DNA of 64,000 nucleotides from Psilocybe cubensis (Eukaryota): NCBI GenBank assembly GCA_017499595.2, contig CM038999.1, positions 3,224,001 to 3,288,000 of the forward strand, read 5' to 3'. Shown piece by piece: positions 63,917 to 64,000 of this stretch (position 1 is its first letter; each line of letters starts with the position of its first letter). The notes under the pieces were generated by a model. It saw only the letters and a program-made list of their open reading frames with translations, ran no database searches and was not told where the DNA came from. The position numbers and the translations under genes were made by a program.

Positions 63917-64000
63917 ATATATGCAACACAACTTCCTTTCTTGTATACATTCTGTATGTCAACACTTCTGCAAACATCCCTTCAATCACTAATGTGTTTT

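Overview
Intron-rich fungal genomic DNA, most likely a mushroom-forming basidiomycete (Agaricales-like), inferred from short ~50-60 nt introns, microexons and the gene families present. About 25 spliced genes could be reconstructed by hand; no rRNA, tRNA, CRISPR or intact transposon was seen. The left 18 kb is an accessory-looking block: two PR-1/CAP paralogues flanking a cytochrome P450, a saccharopine-dehydrogenase-like reductase, two small secreted Cys-rich proteins, an EthD-like protein, a carboxylesterase and an O-methyltransferase. The middle holds carriers and housekeeping genes (ANT1-like carrier, 3-hydroxyacyl-CoA dehydrogenase, ERD2), an AA9 LPMO, a subtilase, an MscL-like channel, three tandem SEL1+MYND genes, a six-hairpin glycosidase and a C2-NACHT gene with no sensor repeats. 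The right end holds an L-type lectin, transportin, FSH1, SFC1 and a spliced tandem-homeodomain-like polyQ gene. Top leads: a secreted protein resembling the moth allergen Tha p 2, an AA9 LPMO with Glu-x-Phe in place of Gln-x-Tyr, the truncated C2-NACHT gene, the SEL1-MYND triplet, and the double-homeodomain-like gene hidden by introns. All family calls are from motif recognition only; no searches were run.
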